Shown: in pieces, positions 17,566 to 27,594 of the stretch
How positions within the stretch are numbered: position 1 is the first letter of the stretch
Layout: each line of letters begins with the position of its first letter
NCBI GenBank assembly: GCA_041496385.1
Contig: JBGQEL010000002.1
Location: 14,543-78,542, forward strand
Direction: 5' to 3'
DNA length: 64,000 nucleotides
DNA from: Candidatus Methylomirabilia bacterium
GTDB lineage: Bacteria; Methylomirabilota; Methylomirabilia; Rokubacteriales; CSP1-6
Position numbers and translations under genes: made by a program
Notes under the pieces: generated by a model
Told to the model about the DNA's origin: nothing
Databases searched by the model: none
Seen by the model: only the letters and a program-made list of their open reading frames with translations

Positions 17566-18444
17566 TCACATCGTCTTCGGCAGGATGGCCGAGCCCGTCA
17601 TCGAGTCGGCGCGCCGCCGCGGCCAGCGTCCGCCGTCCACCGCGGTGAGGAAGTCGAGCACCGCCCGGTTGAAGAGATCGGGCTCCTCGAGGTTGATGGC
17701 GTGGCCCGACTTGGCGAGGACGACGAGGCCCGACGTCAGGATCGTGCGTTTCATGTAGATCCCGGGCTCGAGGCAGGGCTCGTCCTCGTCGCCGGTCATG
17801 ATGAGCGTCGGCACGTCCAGCTTCGCCATCCGGTCGCCGAGGTCGAAGATGGACGGGCGCAGCATCTGGACGCCGCGCAACGTGAGGGCGTGGCCCTGTG
17901 CCGAGCCGGCCGCGAGCCGGTCGTGGAACTCCTGCCAGCCGACGGGGTCCTTCTCGGCGAACTGCACGCGCGTGGGCCCGCGCGCGTAGAACTCGGCGAC
18001 GGCCGCCATGCCCTCCGTCTCGAGCCGGCGCGCCACCAGCTCGGAGTCGGCGCGATGCTTGCCCTGGGCCTCGCTCCCGTAGCCCGCGCCGGCGACGACG
18101 AGCGAGAGCGCGCGCTCCGGATACGACAGCCCGAAGTGGAGCGTCGCGTAGCCGCCCATCGAGAGGCCAACGACGTGGGCCTTCGGGATCGCGAGGTGGT
18201 CGAGGACGCCCTTGATGTCGTCGGCGGCCTGCTGCTGCGAGTAGGTCTTGCCGTCGAGCGGGACGTCGGAGGGCGGATAGCCGCGCGCGTTGAAGACGAT
18301 CGTGCGGTAGCGGCGCGCGAAGAACCGGACCTGGGCTTGCCAGCTCCAGCAGTCACCCGCGAACTCGTGGACGAACACGAGCGGCCCTCCGCCACCCGCT
18401 TCCTCGTAGTAGAGGTTCACGTCGCCGACCCTGGCCTTGGGCAT
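17566..18444 (-). CDS. Alpha/beta hydrolase
   Basis: FVHEFAGD, GLSMGG nucleophile elbow, GDED, GHAINLEEP. Confidence 0.9.
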   Translation of the reverse strand: MPKARVGDVNLYYEEAGGGGPLVFVHEFAGDCWSWQAQVRFFARRYRTIVFNARGYPPSDVPLDGKTYSQQQAADDIKGVLDHLAIPKAHVVGLSMGGYATLHFGLSYPERALSLVVAGAGYGSEAQGKHRADSELVARRLETEGMAAVAEFYARGPTRVQFAEKDPVGWQEFHDRLAAGSAQGHALTLRGVQMLRPSIFDLGDRMAKLDVPTLIMTGDEDEPCLEPGIYMKRTILTSGLVVLAKSGHAINLEEPDLFNRAVLDFLTAVDGGRWPRRRADSMTGSAILPKTM

Positions 18445-18506
18445 CGCTCACGTCCCTCCCTGGAACATCCCCGCGCCGCCTCGCCCGCTCGCCGCGCCCG
18501 CCGGGC

Positions 18507-19322
18507 TCAGCGCGCGACGGCCGCGCCGCCCTCGACGATCCGGACCTCGCGCTGCGGGAGGCCAGGGCCCACGCCGATCTGGCGGAACCGCTCGACGAGC
18601 GCGGCATAGAGCTCGCCCTCGGCGGAGCCGTAGTCCGGAACGCGCACCCACGGGTCCACGCTGAGGGTGACCCCCGCGTCGCCGACCTTCACGATCCCCA
18701 TGATCGCGACCGGGTCCTTGAGCACACGCGGGTTCGCGTCCACGACGCCGCGCGCCGCGCGGAGCACGCCCGCGAGGTCCGTGCCGTGGGGCACCGCGAC
18801 GGCCAGGTGGAGCTGCCGGGTCGAGCCGAAGTTGTGGAGGATCTCGCCGACGATCTTGCGGTTCGGGATGACGACGCGCGAGCGATCGGTGTGCAAGAGC
18901 GTGGTCGAGAACAGCTCGACCGCGACCACCTCGCCGTGCACGTTGAGCAGCTCGATGTACTCGCCGACGCGGAAGGGCTTGGTGAAGATGATCGTGAGTC
19001 CCGCCATGACGTTGCTGAGCACGCCCTGGAGCGCGAAGCCGACACCGATGCCGGCGACACCGATGCCGGCGACGAGGGGCGCGATCTGGAATCCGAACTT
19101 GTCGAGGGCCACGACGACCGCGAAGAGCAGGACGATCACCTTGACGGCGCGGACGATGAGCTTCCGCATCGGCGGCTCGATCGCCTTCCTCTCGAGCGCG
19201 CGGTCGGTGAGGCTTCCCGTCCACCGGGCGGCGATCGCGCCGACGACGAGAATGACGATGGCGCCCAGGACCTGGAAGCCGTAGCGGATCACGAGATCGA
19301 GAATCAACTCGGTCGGTGGCAT
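18507..19322 (-). CDS. mscS: Small-conductance mechanosensitive channel
   Basis: AGIGVAGIGVGFALQGVLSNVMAG, KPFRVGEYI, VIPNRKI. Confidence 0.9.
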   Translation of the reverse strand: MPPTELILDLVIRYGFQVLGAIVILVVGAIAARWTGSLTDRALERKAIEPPMRKLIVRAVKVIVLLFAVVVALDKFGFQIAPLVAGIGVAGIGVGFALQGVLSNVMAGLTIIFTKPFRVGEYIELLNVHGEVVAVELFSTTLLHTDRSRVVIPNRKIVGEILHNFGSTRQLHLAVAVPHGTDLAGVLRAARGVVDANPRVLKDPVAIMGIVKVGDAGVTLSVDPWVRVPDYGSAEGELYAALVERFRQIGVGPGLPQREVRIVEGGAAVAR

Positions 19323-19336
19323 GGCGGGCTCCTTCT

Positions 19337-19768
19337 CTACACCGCGAGCTCCGAGGTGCAGTGCGGGCAGCGCGTCGCCGGCAGCGGGATCGGCATCGCG
19401 CAGCGGCCGCACGCCTTCGTGGCCGACGGCGCGGAGGGCTTCGGAAAGAGGCGGTTCACCTGCTTCACGAGCAGGAAAACGGCGAACGCGACGACGAGAA
19501 GGTTGATGATCGCGTTGAAGAAGAGCCCGTAGTTGAGCGTCGGCGCGCCGGCGGCCTTGGCGGCGGCGAGCGTGGAAAACGACTGGCCCGTCAGGCTGAT
19601 GAACATGTGCGAGAAGTCCACCCGGCCGAGGAGGAGGCCGATCGGCGGCATGATCACGTCGCTGACGAGCGAGGTGACGATGCCGCCGAAGCTCGCGCCG
19701 ATGACCACGCCGACGGCGAGATCGACGACGTTGCCGCGCATGATGAAGGCCTTGAACTCGTTCAGCAT
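19337..19768 (-). CDS. mscL: Large-conductance mechanosensitive channel with C-terminal CxxC-CxxC
   Basis: [27 protein letters not shown]; C-terminal CGRC...CPHC. Confidence 0.95.
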   Translation of the reverse strand: MLNEFKAFIMRGNVVDLAVGVVIGASFGGIVTSLVSDVIMPPIGLLLGRVDFSHMFISLTGQSFSTLAAAKAAGAPTLNYGLFFNAIINLLVVAFAVFLLVKQVNRLFPKPSAPSATKACGRCAMPIPLPATRCPHCTSELAV

Positions 19769-19815
19769 GGCGTCTCCTGGTTGTGAGTCGGCCAGCGGCA
19801 GCATATCATCAGGGC

Positions 19816-21336
19816 GTGTTCCGGCGCCTCGCCTCCGATCCGCGAAGCGCAGACGTCGGGCTCCTCGTCGCCAGCCTCGCGCTCTACGTCAAGACGCTCG
19901 CGCCGACCGTCTACATCTTCGACAGCGCCGAGCTGGCCGCGGGCGCGTACACCCTCGGGATCGTCCACGCCACCGGCTACCCGCTCTATCTCCTGCTCGC
20001 CAAGCTCTTCACGCTGCTCGTCCCGCTGGGTGACGTCGCGTGGCGCGTCAATCTCTTCTCGGCGCTCTGCGCGTCGCTGACGCTCGTGCTCCTCCGGCGG
20101 GTGATGTTCCTGCTGAGCGCCTCCCCCGCGAGCGCGCTGGCCGCCGCCGCGATGCTCGGCGTCTCGTACCCCTTCTGGTCGGAGGCCACGGCGGCGGAGG
20201 TGTACACGCTGCACGGCGTCTTCCTGACGGCGCTGCTCTGGCTCGCCCTGCGCTGGCGGGAGACCGGGCGGTCGCGACACATCCTGCTGCTCGCGCTGAT
20301 GCTCGGGCTGAGCTTCGGCAATCACATGTCCACGTCGCTCCTCCTGCCCGCGCTCGCGTTCTTCGTCTGGCGCGTGGCGCGGGTCCACCCGATCACCCGT
20401 CGCGCGTGGATCGCCGCGCTCGGCCTGACCGCGCTCGGGCCGCTCACGTATCTCTACCTGCCGCTGCGCGACGCGGCCCAGCCCGCCGTGAACTACGCGC
20501 ACACCCTGGGCGTCGACCTGCGGACTCTGGCGGGCGTCCTCTGGATGGTCCGCGGCACCATGTTCGGCGAGTTCATGTTCGGCTTTGCGCCCGCGGAGAT
20601 CCCGAGGGAGGTTCTCCGGTTCCTCGGCTTCTTCTGGGATAGCTTCCTCGGCGCCGGCGCCGCGGTGGCCGCGCTCGGCCTGCTCGATCAGTGGCGGCGC
20701 GACCGGGTCGCCGCGGGGACGCTCGGCCTCGTCTTCGTCGTCACGGCCGCGTTCTTCATCGACTACCGCGTCCCCGACAACGACACGATGTTCCTGCCAC
20801 CGCTCCTCGTCGGCGCGATCTGGATCGCCCTCGGCCTCGACGGCCTGCGCGACGTCCTCGCCCAGGCGCAGCGGCTGCGCGTGCCTCCGCGCGCGTTCCG
20901 CGGGGCGGCCGCCCTGCTCGTGGCGGCGATGCTGATCGCCAACTACACGCGCGTCGATCTCTCGCGCTACGCGACGCCGCGCACGTACGCCGAGGGCGTG
21001 CTGGGTCACGTCCTGCCCGGCGCCTTCATCCTGGGCGGCTGGCTCAACATCACGCCGCTGCTCTATCTCAAGGCCGTCGAGGGCCGGCGCCCCGACGTGG
21101 AGCTGTTCGACTGGGGACTCTACGGCCTCGGGCACCGGGCCGCGCTGCGCGCACGGGGGGTGCCGAGGGACGAGGCGCTCGAGGACGCCCGGGACGAGGT
21201 GCGCCTGCGTGTCCGGCGCGAGCTTCTGACAGGCCGGCCCGTCTATACGCTCAACGACGACGGCCTGCTGAGCCGGGACTTCACGCTGGTGCCGGAGGGC
21301 GACGTCCTCCGCGTGTGCGACGGCCCGTGCGACTGA
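19816..21336 (+). CDS. DUF2723 (TMEM260-like) GT-C membrane glycosyltransferase
   Basis: [40 protein letters not shown]; many TM segments. Confidence 0.85.
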   Translation: MFRRLASDPRSADVGLLVASLALYVKTLAPTVYIFDSAELAAGAYTLGIVHATGYPLYLLLAKLFTLLVPLGDVAWRVNLFSALCASLTLVLLRRVMFLLSASPASALAAAAMLGVSYPFWSEATAAEVYTLHGVFLTALLWLALRWRETGRSRHILLLALMLGLSFGNHMSTSLLLPALAFFVWRVARVHPITRRAWIAALGLTALGPLTYLYLPLRDAAQPAVNYAHTLGVDLRTLAGVLWMVRGTMFGEFMFGFAPAEIPREVLRFLGFFWDSFLGAGAAVAALGLLDQWRRDRVAAGTLGLVFVVTAAFFIDYRVPDNDTMFLPPLLVGAIWIALGLDGLRDVLAQAQRLRVPPRAFRGAAALLVAAMLIANYTRVDLSRYATPRTYAEGVLGHVLPGAFILGGWLNITPLLYLKAVEGRRPDVELFDWGLYGLGHRAALRARGVPRDEALEDARDEVRLRVRRELLTGRPVYTLNDDGLLSRDFTLVPEGDVLRVCDGPCD

Positions 21337-21391
21337 GGCCCGGCGAGCGCGCAACTTGCCTTTCCGCGCGGCGTCGAGTCATAATCGCCGC

Positions 21392-22189
21392 GTGAAAATT
21401 CTCGTGCCGGCACTCCTCGCGCTCGTTCTCGCGCCCGGCACCGCCTGGGCCCAGGGGCCGGCCGCGGGCAAGGTGACCGGGGTCAACGGCGAGGCCGTCG
21501 CGACCGGCCCCGCGCGCGCCGCGCAGGTCGCGCTCAAGCCGGCCAACGACATCTTCCTGAGGGACAGGATCCAGACGTCCGAGCATTCGTTGCTCCGGAT
21601 GCTCCTCGCGAGCAAGGCGGTCGTCACCGTCCGCGAGCTCTCCGTCGTGACCATCACGGAGGATATCAAGCAGATCGACCTCACCAGCGGCAAGATCGCC
21701 TACGGCGTCGTGCCGCAACGGACGCAGGCCCAGGCGTACGACATCAGGACGCCGAACGTCGTCGCCAGCATCCGGGGCACGCTCGTAGTCGTCGAGGTGC
21801 CGACGCAGCCGGCGGGCGGCCCCTCGCAGACCGACCTCCACAACGTGTCCGATCCCGCGAAGGAGCCCGCGTCCCTGGTGGAGGTCCGGTCTCGCTCCGG
21901 CTCGGGATCTCCCGTCACGCTCGGACCGCTGCAATCGCTCACCGTCGTCGGCAATCTCTTCGGCCAGATCCGCGTGCTCACGCGGGCGCAGGCGCTGAGG
22001 ATCTCGGATCTGAAGCCCAAGGGCCAGGCGCCGCCCAGCCAGCCCCGCGGCGGGCCGCGGGGCGCGCAGGCGTCGAGCGATCTGGATGCTGCGAGAGGTG
22101 GTGCTCCGGGCGGGCTGAACACCCCGACGACCGTCCGGACGCCGGGACTGAATCCGGGGAATCAGATCGTCGGCGGCAGCTACAGGTAG
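21392..22189 (+). CDS. Secreted FecR-domain protein (paralog of 12217-13599)
   Basis: Signal peptide ending AWA-Q; AGKVTGVNG, IFLRDRIQT, KAVVTVRELSV, IRTPNVVASIRGT. Confidence 0.8.
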   Translation: MKILVPALLALVLAPGTAWAQGPAAGKVTGVNGEAVATGPARAAQVALKPANDIFLRDRIQTSEHSLLRMLLASKAVVTVRELSVVTITEDIKQIDLTSGKIAYGVVPQRTQAQAYDIRTPNVVASIRGTLVVVEVPTQPAGGPSQTDLHNVSDPAKEPASLVEVRSRSGSGSPVTLGPLQSLTVVGNLFGQIRVLTRAQALRISDLKPKGQAPPSQPRGGPRGAQASSDLDAARGGAPGGLNTPTTVRTPGLNPGNQIVGGSYR

Positions 22190-22209
22190 CCGACGGCGCC
22201 GGATCTTCG

Positions 22210-23799
22210 TCAGTAACGCCAGGAGAGGATCAGCGAGAAGACGCTCCGGCTGAGCGAGTAGAGCGGAACGTTCGAGTGGTTGACGATCCCCTGATACTCA
22301 CCCGCCAGCGTCATGTTGAACGGCAGCGGCTTCTCGACGCGGACGACGTGGGTCTGCTCGGTGTCCTCCCGGGCCTTCGAGTTCGGATTGGCGGCGGGCA
22401 GGAGCGCGTGGTCGTTGACGTAGTCGCGCTGGTGCAGGTCGAAGTCGTACTTGAGCCGTAGCCCGCCCCAGGGCAGCGTGTACTGCCCGCCCGCGAGCAG
22501 CCGGTGACCGCGGTAGCTGTAGTCACGGCCGTCCGCGTTCTCGATGTCGAACTGGTACCCGAGCCGCACGTAGTGCCGGTCGGCGGCGAACCGGAACACG
22601 TGAAGGCCGCCCACCATCCAGTTGTCCGCGCTCCGCTGCTCCGCGCGCACGGTGAGCGGGAGCTCGGAGAAGCTCTTGTCCTGGAAGCGGGCCTGCAGCG
22701 CCGTCAGGCTGCCCGCGTTCTCGACGAGCGTCGCGCTGGCGCTCACCGTGTGGCGGTCGAGAAACGCGTCGCCGTCGAGCAGCGTCGTGTCGAAGGCATA
22801 GTCGGCGACGAGCCGCAGCGGCATTCCGCCGAGCGCGCCCAGCCAGGCGCCGGAGAGACCGAAGAGGTGGTTCGTGACGTCGAACTTCGGCAGGTCGTTG
22901 TAGAACACCTGGAAGAACGAGTACGAGACGCTCGATTCCCACGGCCCCGTCCTGAGCCACGCGTAGTCCAGACGCAGGCCGAGGAGCTCGCCGATCGAGT
23001 GCTGGTCCCGCAGCTGCCGGACCGCCTCCGCGGTCGGATCGTGGCTGGGCCGGGGCAGGAGCGAGACGTTGGTGTCGTAGAGGAACCCCGCCCGGAGCTC
23101 GGCGTGGAAGCGCCGGCTGCGCTCCCGCGCGGTGGCCATCGTGTCCCGCAGCCGGTCCGCGACGCCCGTGAGCGCGGTGGCCGAGGGGATCCTGAGCGCC
23201 TGCTCCGCCTCCGCGGCGGCCTCCGGCGCTTCGCCCAGGCTGGCGAGCGCCAGGCTCGAGTAGAAGCGCGTGAGCTGCTGCGTGTCGGGGTCCGAGGACG
23301 TCGACGCGCGGAAGGCCTCGAGCGCGCCACGGTAGTCGCGCTTGTGATAGCGGACGAGACCGACGTAGTAGCCGATCCCCTCGGTCTGCGGCGCGGCCTG
23401 GAGCACGCGGGTGAGCGGCGCCTCCGCCCGCTCGTAGTCCCGCCGCGTGACGTACGCCACGCCGAGCTGGTAGAGGACGTTCAGGTCGTCGGGCGCCGCC
23501 GCGCGCGCCTTCTCGAGCGCCTCCGCGGCCTCGGCCGGCTTCCCTTGGGCGAGCAGGACGAGACCCGTGTAGTAGAGCGCGTCGGCGTTGGCGGGATCCT
23601 GCGCGAGCGCCGCGCGCAGGAGAGTGAGCGCCTCGTCGTAGCGCTTGTCCTCGTACGCGAGCGCGGCCTCGGCCGTCGCGACCTCGGCCTCGGCCGACTG
23701 CTGGGCCGCGGCCGTGCCGATGCCGAAGCCGAGCGCCGCGACGGACGTGAGCACGCAGGCGAACGCCAGGAGGGCGCGCGCGGGAGTTCGAACGATCAC
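22210..23799 (-). CDS. TPR-repeat plus outer-membrane beta-barrel protein (Slam/DUF560-like architecture)
   Basis: Signal peptide; TPRs (ALYYTGLVL, VLYQLGVAY); GFLYDTNV at barrel start; amphipathic strands; ends SLILSWRY with a terminal aromatic residue. Confidence 0.8.
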   Translation of the reverse strand: MIVRTPARALLAFACVLTSVAALGFGIGTAAAQQSAEAEVATAEAALAYEDKRYDEALTLLRAALAQDPANADALYYTGLVLLAQGKPAEAAEALEKARAAAPDDLNVLYQLGVAYVTRRDYERAEAPLTRVLQAAPQTEGIGYYVGLVRYHKRDYRGALEAFRASTSSDPDTQQLTRFYSSLALASLGEAPEAAAEAEQALRIPSATALTGVADRLRDTMATARERSRRFHAELRAGFLYDTNVSLLPRPSHDPTAEAVRQLRDQHSIGELLGLRLDYAWLRTGPWESSVSYSFFQVFYNDLPKFDVTNHLFGLSGAWLGALGGMPLRLVADYAFDTTLLDGDAFLDRHTVSASATLVENAGSLTALQARFQDKSFSELPLTVRAEQRSADNWMVGGLHVFRFAADRHYVRLGYQFDIENADGRDYSYRGHRLLAGGQYTLPWGGLRLKYDFDLHQRDYVNDHALLPAANPNSKAREDTEQTHVVRVEKPLPFNMTLAGEYQGIVNHSNVPLYSLSRSVFSLILSWRY

Positions 23800-23863
23800 C
23801 GAGCTTTTCTATCAGAGATCGGTCGGTCCTGTCCAGAACGGCGGACCCGCGCGCCCCTCCCCC

Positions 23864-24535
23864 TCAGCCGAGGTGCCGCTTCAGGAACTCCAGAGTCCGG
23901 GTGCGCGCCAGCGCGGCGCTCGCCGCGTGATAGCTCCCGCGCTCGTCGCAGTTGAAGCCGTGGCCCGCCGGGTAGACGTGCATCGGCAGCGACGGCTGGG
24001 CCGCCCGGATCCGGTCGTGGTGCTCCGTCGGGATCGACTGGTCCGTTTCGCCGAAGTGGAGCACCACGGGACATTTCGGATGCTCCTGCGCGGTGTCGGC
24101 GATGCCGCCGCCGTAGTAGCCCACCGCGCACGCGACGCCGTCGATGCGCGTGGCCGCGAGCCACGCGAGCGTACCACCGAGGCAGTAGCCCACGACGCCC
24201 ACCTTGAGGCCCTCGGCCGCCAGCGCCTTCACGGCGGCCCGCACGTCCTGGACCATGTCCTCCAGCTGGATCTTCATGCGCACCGCGCGCCCGCGCTCGA
24301 TGTCCTCGGGCTTGTAGCCGATCGAGAACTCGCGCTCGACCCGATCGAAGATGGCCGGCGCCAGCGCCACATAACCGTCCGCGGCGAAGCCGTCGGCGAC
24401 CTTCCTGATGTGCGTGTTGACGCCGAAGATCTCCTGGATCACGACGACGCCGCCGCGCGGCGTGCCTGCGGGGGCCACGCGGTACGCGGCGAGCCGGTGG
24501 CTGTCCTCTGCGGTGAGCGTGAGCATCTCGGCCAT
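23864..24535 (-). CDS. Dienelactone hydrolase family protein
   Basis: VIQEIFGVN, GYCLGG, HFGETD, GHGFNCD. Confidence 0.93.
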   Translation of the reverse strand: MAEMLTLTAEDSHRLAAYRVAPAGTPRGGVVVIQEIFGVNTHIRKVADGFAADGYVALAPAIFDRVEREFSIGYKPEDIERGRAVRMKIQLEDMVQDVRAAVKALAAEGLKVGVVGYCLGGTLAWLAATRIDGVACAVGYYGGGIADTAQEHPKCPVVLHFGETDQSIPTEHHDRIRAAQPSLPMHVYPAGHGFNCDERGSYHAASAALARTRTLEFLKRHLG

Positions 24536-24614
24536 GGTCTCCCTCCCGGGTGTCGTTTGGTGTCGGGTGGGGCTAAGATACGCGAGACTCGGCGGCATGC
24601 AAGGAGGTCGCGAG

Positions 24615-25700
24615 ATGGACCAGCAGAGCCAGAACCCGACGCCGCGCGAGCGCGTGTCGGCGGCCTACAAGGGCGGCCGCGCCGACCGCGTGCCCGCCTA
24701 CCCGATCGCGGGTTCGTTCGCCGGCTGCCTCGACGGCCTCTCGATCGAGGAGTACTGCACGAATCCGACCAAGGCCGCGAAGGCGATGCTGAACTACTAC
24801 GAGCGGTACCAGCCCGACATCATGATCGCCTTCAACGATCTCGCCAAGGAGGCCGAGGCGCTCGGCTGCCGCGTGAAGTACTCCGACTACGTGGTCCCCT
24901 CGATCGACACGCACATCCTCCAGGACGATAAGGGCCGGCTCGCCCGCCTGGAGATCCCGGATCCGCGCAAGGACGGCCGGCTGCCGGCCTTCCTCGAGCA
25001 GTGCGAGGCGCTCTCCGCGGCGAAGCTCCCGAGCCCGCTGGGCGCCGTGCTCGTCGGGCCCTGGACGATCGCGATGCTGCTGCGCAACCCCGAGATCATG
25101 TGCCTCGACACGATCGACGACCCGGCGTTCGTGCACGCGCTCATGCGCTTCTCGACCGAGTACGCCAAGCGCTGGGGCGATGCGGTGCTGGCGACGAAGA
25201 TCGGGCTCTCCTATACCGATCCGACCGCCTCGTGCTCGCTCGTCGGGCCCGAGACCTACCGCGAGTTCATCAAGCCCTACCACCGGGAGATGGTGGACTA
25301 CTTCCGGGCGAAGAAGGTCGGCACCACGATCCACATCTGCGGCACGACCCATCAGATCCACGAGGACCTGGTGGACGTCGGCTTCGTTGCGATCACGATC
25401 GACCTCGACCAGCAGGCGGACCCGCGCCTGAAGGTCGACCAGCTCGACAAGCTCGTCACGCTCGGCAACGCGCGGGGCGTCGTCGCCGTCGGCAACGTGG
25501 ACGCGACGATCTTCGAGCGGGCCACGCAGGCGGAGATCGAGGCCGAGGTGCGCCGCTGCATCGACACGGTCGGGCCGCGCTCGCGCTTCGTCCTCTCGAC
25601 CTCGTGCGAGCTTCCGCCGCGCGCGAACCCCGACTGTGTGAAGTGGTTCATGGACGCGGCGCGCGAGTACGGGCGCTGGGAGCGCATCCTCGCGTCGTGA
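24615..25700 (+). CDS. Uroporphyrinogen-decarboxylase-fold protein, MtaA/CmuA (MT2) methyltransferase-like
   Basis: EAEALGC, GPWTIA, DPTAS, IHICG and STSCELP zinc-ligand pattern; AGGAGG RBS. Confidence 0.8.
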   Translation: MDQQSQNPTPRERVSAAYKGGRADRVPAYPIAGSFAGCLDGLSIEEYCTNPTKAAKAMLNYYERYQPDIMIAFNDLAKEAEALGCRVKYSDYVVPSIDTHILQDDKGRLARLEIPDPRKDGRLPAFLEQCEALSAAKLPSPLGAVLVGPWTIAMLLRNPEIMCLDTIDDPAFVHALMRFSTEYAKRWGDAVLATKIGLSYTDPTASCSLVGPETYREFIKPYHREMVDYFRAKKVGTTIHICGTTHQIHEDLVDVGFVAITIDLDQQADPRLKVDQLDKLVTLGNARGVVAVGNVDATIFERATQAEIEAEVRRCIDTVGPRSRFVLSTSCELPPRANPDCVKWFMDAAREYGRWERILAS

Positions 25701-26671
25701 GCGTCGCCGTCTCGCTCATGCCGCTCGAGCACCGCCGCGAGACCATCCTGCGCCTCGCGACGGGCGCCGACCGGCTCGGTCTCGACGGCGTCTTCCTCCC
25801 CGAGACGTGGTCCTACGACGCCACGGTGCTCCTCGCCGAGATCGCGGCCCGCACCGAGCGCGTCGGCCTGGGCTCGGGCATCCTCGGCGTCTGGGGACGG
25901 AGCCCGGCGCAGATCGCGATGGCCGCCGCCACGCTCCACGACGTCTCGCGCGGGCGCTTCACGCTGGGGCTCGGCGCAAGCACCCGACAGCTCACGGAGG
26001 GGCTCCACGACGTGCCCTTCACCGCCCCGGTGCCGAAGCTGCGGAGCACCGTCGCGCAGGTGCGCGCGCTCCTCCGCGGCGAGCGGGTCCCGCTCGAGGC
26101 GATGCGGGACGCGCGGCCGCTGAAGCTGAACTTCCCGCCCGCCCCCGCCGTGCCGATCTATCTCGCCGGGCTCTCCGACGCGACCGTGCGGCTCGCCGGC
26201 GAGGTGGCGGACGGCTGGATCCCGTTCCTCTACCCGCGCTCGCGGCTGCGCGAGGCCGCGGCGCTCCTGCGCGCGGGGGCCGCGCGCGCCGGCCGCGCGG
26301 CCCTGCCGCCCATCGCGCCGTCCATCCCCGCGGTCATCGCCCCGGACGCCGCCGAGGCGCGCAAGGGCGCCGCGTGGTTCGTCACCTTCTACCTGACGTC
26401 CATGGGGCCGTTCTACCCCGACACCATTTCGCGACTCGGCTTCGCGAAGGAAGTCCGGGCCGTGCAGGCGGCCAACACGACCCGCGGCTCGGCGATCGTC
26501 CCGCCCGAGGCCGAGGCGCTCCTCGAGGAGCTGACCGTGTACGGCACGCCGGCCGAGGCGCGGGTGCGGCTCGCGCGCTGGCAGGAGGCTGGCGCCGCCC
26601 TCCCGATTCTCCTGCTGCCGCCGAACCTCGACGCCAGGCAGCTCGACTTCGCGCTCGACGCGCTCCGCTGA
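25697..26671 (+). CDS. LLM-class oxidoreductase (F420/FMN-dependent, Mer-like)
   Basis: FLPETWSYDA, RSPAQIAMAAATL, GRFTLGLGAS, AGEVADGW; GTGA overlap. Confidence 0.85.
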   Translation: MSVAVSLMPLEHRRETILRLATGADRLGLDGVFLPETWSYDATVLLAEIAARTERVGLGSGILGVWGRSPAQIAMAAATLHDVSRGRFTLGLGASTRQLTEGLHDVPFTAPVPKLRSTVAQVRALLRGERVPLEAMRDARPLKLNFPPAPAVPIYLAGLSDATVRLAGEVADGWIPFLYPRSRLREAAALLRAGAARAGRAALPPIAPSIPAVIAPDAAEARKGAAWFVTFYLTSMGPFYPDTISRLGFAKEVRAVQAANTTRGSAIVPPEAEALLEELTVYGTPAEARVRLARWQEAGAALPILLLPPNLDARQLDFALDALR

Positions 26672-26761
26672 GCCGGCGCGCGGCAGGGAAGATCACGGTA
26701 GAATATCCGCCGCGGGAGCCCGGCGTGGTGGTCGATCGCGGGCGCTCCGCAAGGAGAGACC

Positions 26762-27037
26762 ATGAGAGCGATGCTCGTGCTGGTCACGGCCCTGTTCCTG
26801 GCGGGCTGCACCCTCGACCTCGAGGCGGCGAAGTGGACGAAGCCCGCCATGATGGCTCAGCAGGTGACGGCGAGCGAGATCGAGTGCGCGCGCCAGACGT
26901 TCGAGATCGGACCCGGCCCCGATCTCGTCGTGGGCGGGCTCGTAGACGTCGGCCGCCTCTTTCTGCTCGAGACGCGGCAGGCCCGCGCCTTCGACGCCTG
27001 CATGATCTCGCGGGGCTACGCGCGGGTCGGCGAGTAG
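26762..27037 (+). CDS. Small lipoprotein
   Basis: AGGAG RBS; lipobox LAGC; WTKP...EC and FDACMISRGY. Confidence 0.75.
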   Translation: MRAMLVLVTALFLAGCTLDLEAAKWTKPAMMAQQVTASEIECARQTFEIGPGPDLVVGGLVDVGRLFLLETRQARAFDACMISRGYARVGE

Positions 27038-27041
27038 GATC

Positions 27042-27578
27042 GTGCTGACCGCCGCCGAGTTCATCCACGCCGAGCTCGGGCGCCTGCACCGGGGGCTCGA
27101 CCGCGCGCTCGACGGGCTCACCGGAGAGCAGCTCCACGCGGTGCCGGGCGGCCATCCGAAGGCCAACACGATCGCCTGGGGGCTCTGGCACTACGCGCGG
27201 ACCGAGGACAACGTCGCGCGCTACGTGATCCAGGACCGGCGGCCGACGGTCTGGATGGAGGGCAAGTACGCCGAGCGGCTCGGGCTGCCGCCGGTCGCGC
27301 AGGGGACGGGGATGTCCGTCGAGGAGGCCCACGCGCTCCGCGTCAAGGACGTCGCGCTGTTCAAGGACTACATGCAGAAGGTCTGGACCTCCACCGACGA
27401 GCTCTTCGGCCGCGCGGACGCGGCGCTCCTCGAGAAGGCCGTGACGATCAAGCCGCTCGGCGACATGACGGCGCTCCGCGCGCTCGGCCAGGTCGGGCTC
27501 ACGCACGGCATGACCCACCTCGGCGAGATCGAGCTCGCCCGGACGCTCGTCGGCGCCGGGCCGGTGCTCGGCGCGTAA
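27042..27578 (+). CDS. DinB/YfiT family protein
   Basis: NTIAWGLWHYARTED; C-terminal HGMTHLGEI (HxxxH). Confidence 0.85.
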   Translation: MLTAAEFIHAELGRLHRGLDRALDGLTGEQLHAVPGGHPKANTIAWGLWHYARTEDNVARYVIQDRRPTVWMEGKYAERLGLPPVAQGTGMSVEEAHALRVKDVALFKDYMQKVWTSTDELFGRADAALLEKAVTIKPLGDMTALRALGQVGLTHGMTHLGEIELARTLVGAGPVLGA

Positions 27579-27594
27579 CCGCGAAGCCCCGCCG

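Noticed and set aside
24615-25700. hemE as part of tetrapyrrole synthesis with cobA/sirC
   Set aside because: It lacks the HemE N-terminal RQAGR motif and has MT2-type zinc ligands instead.
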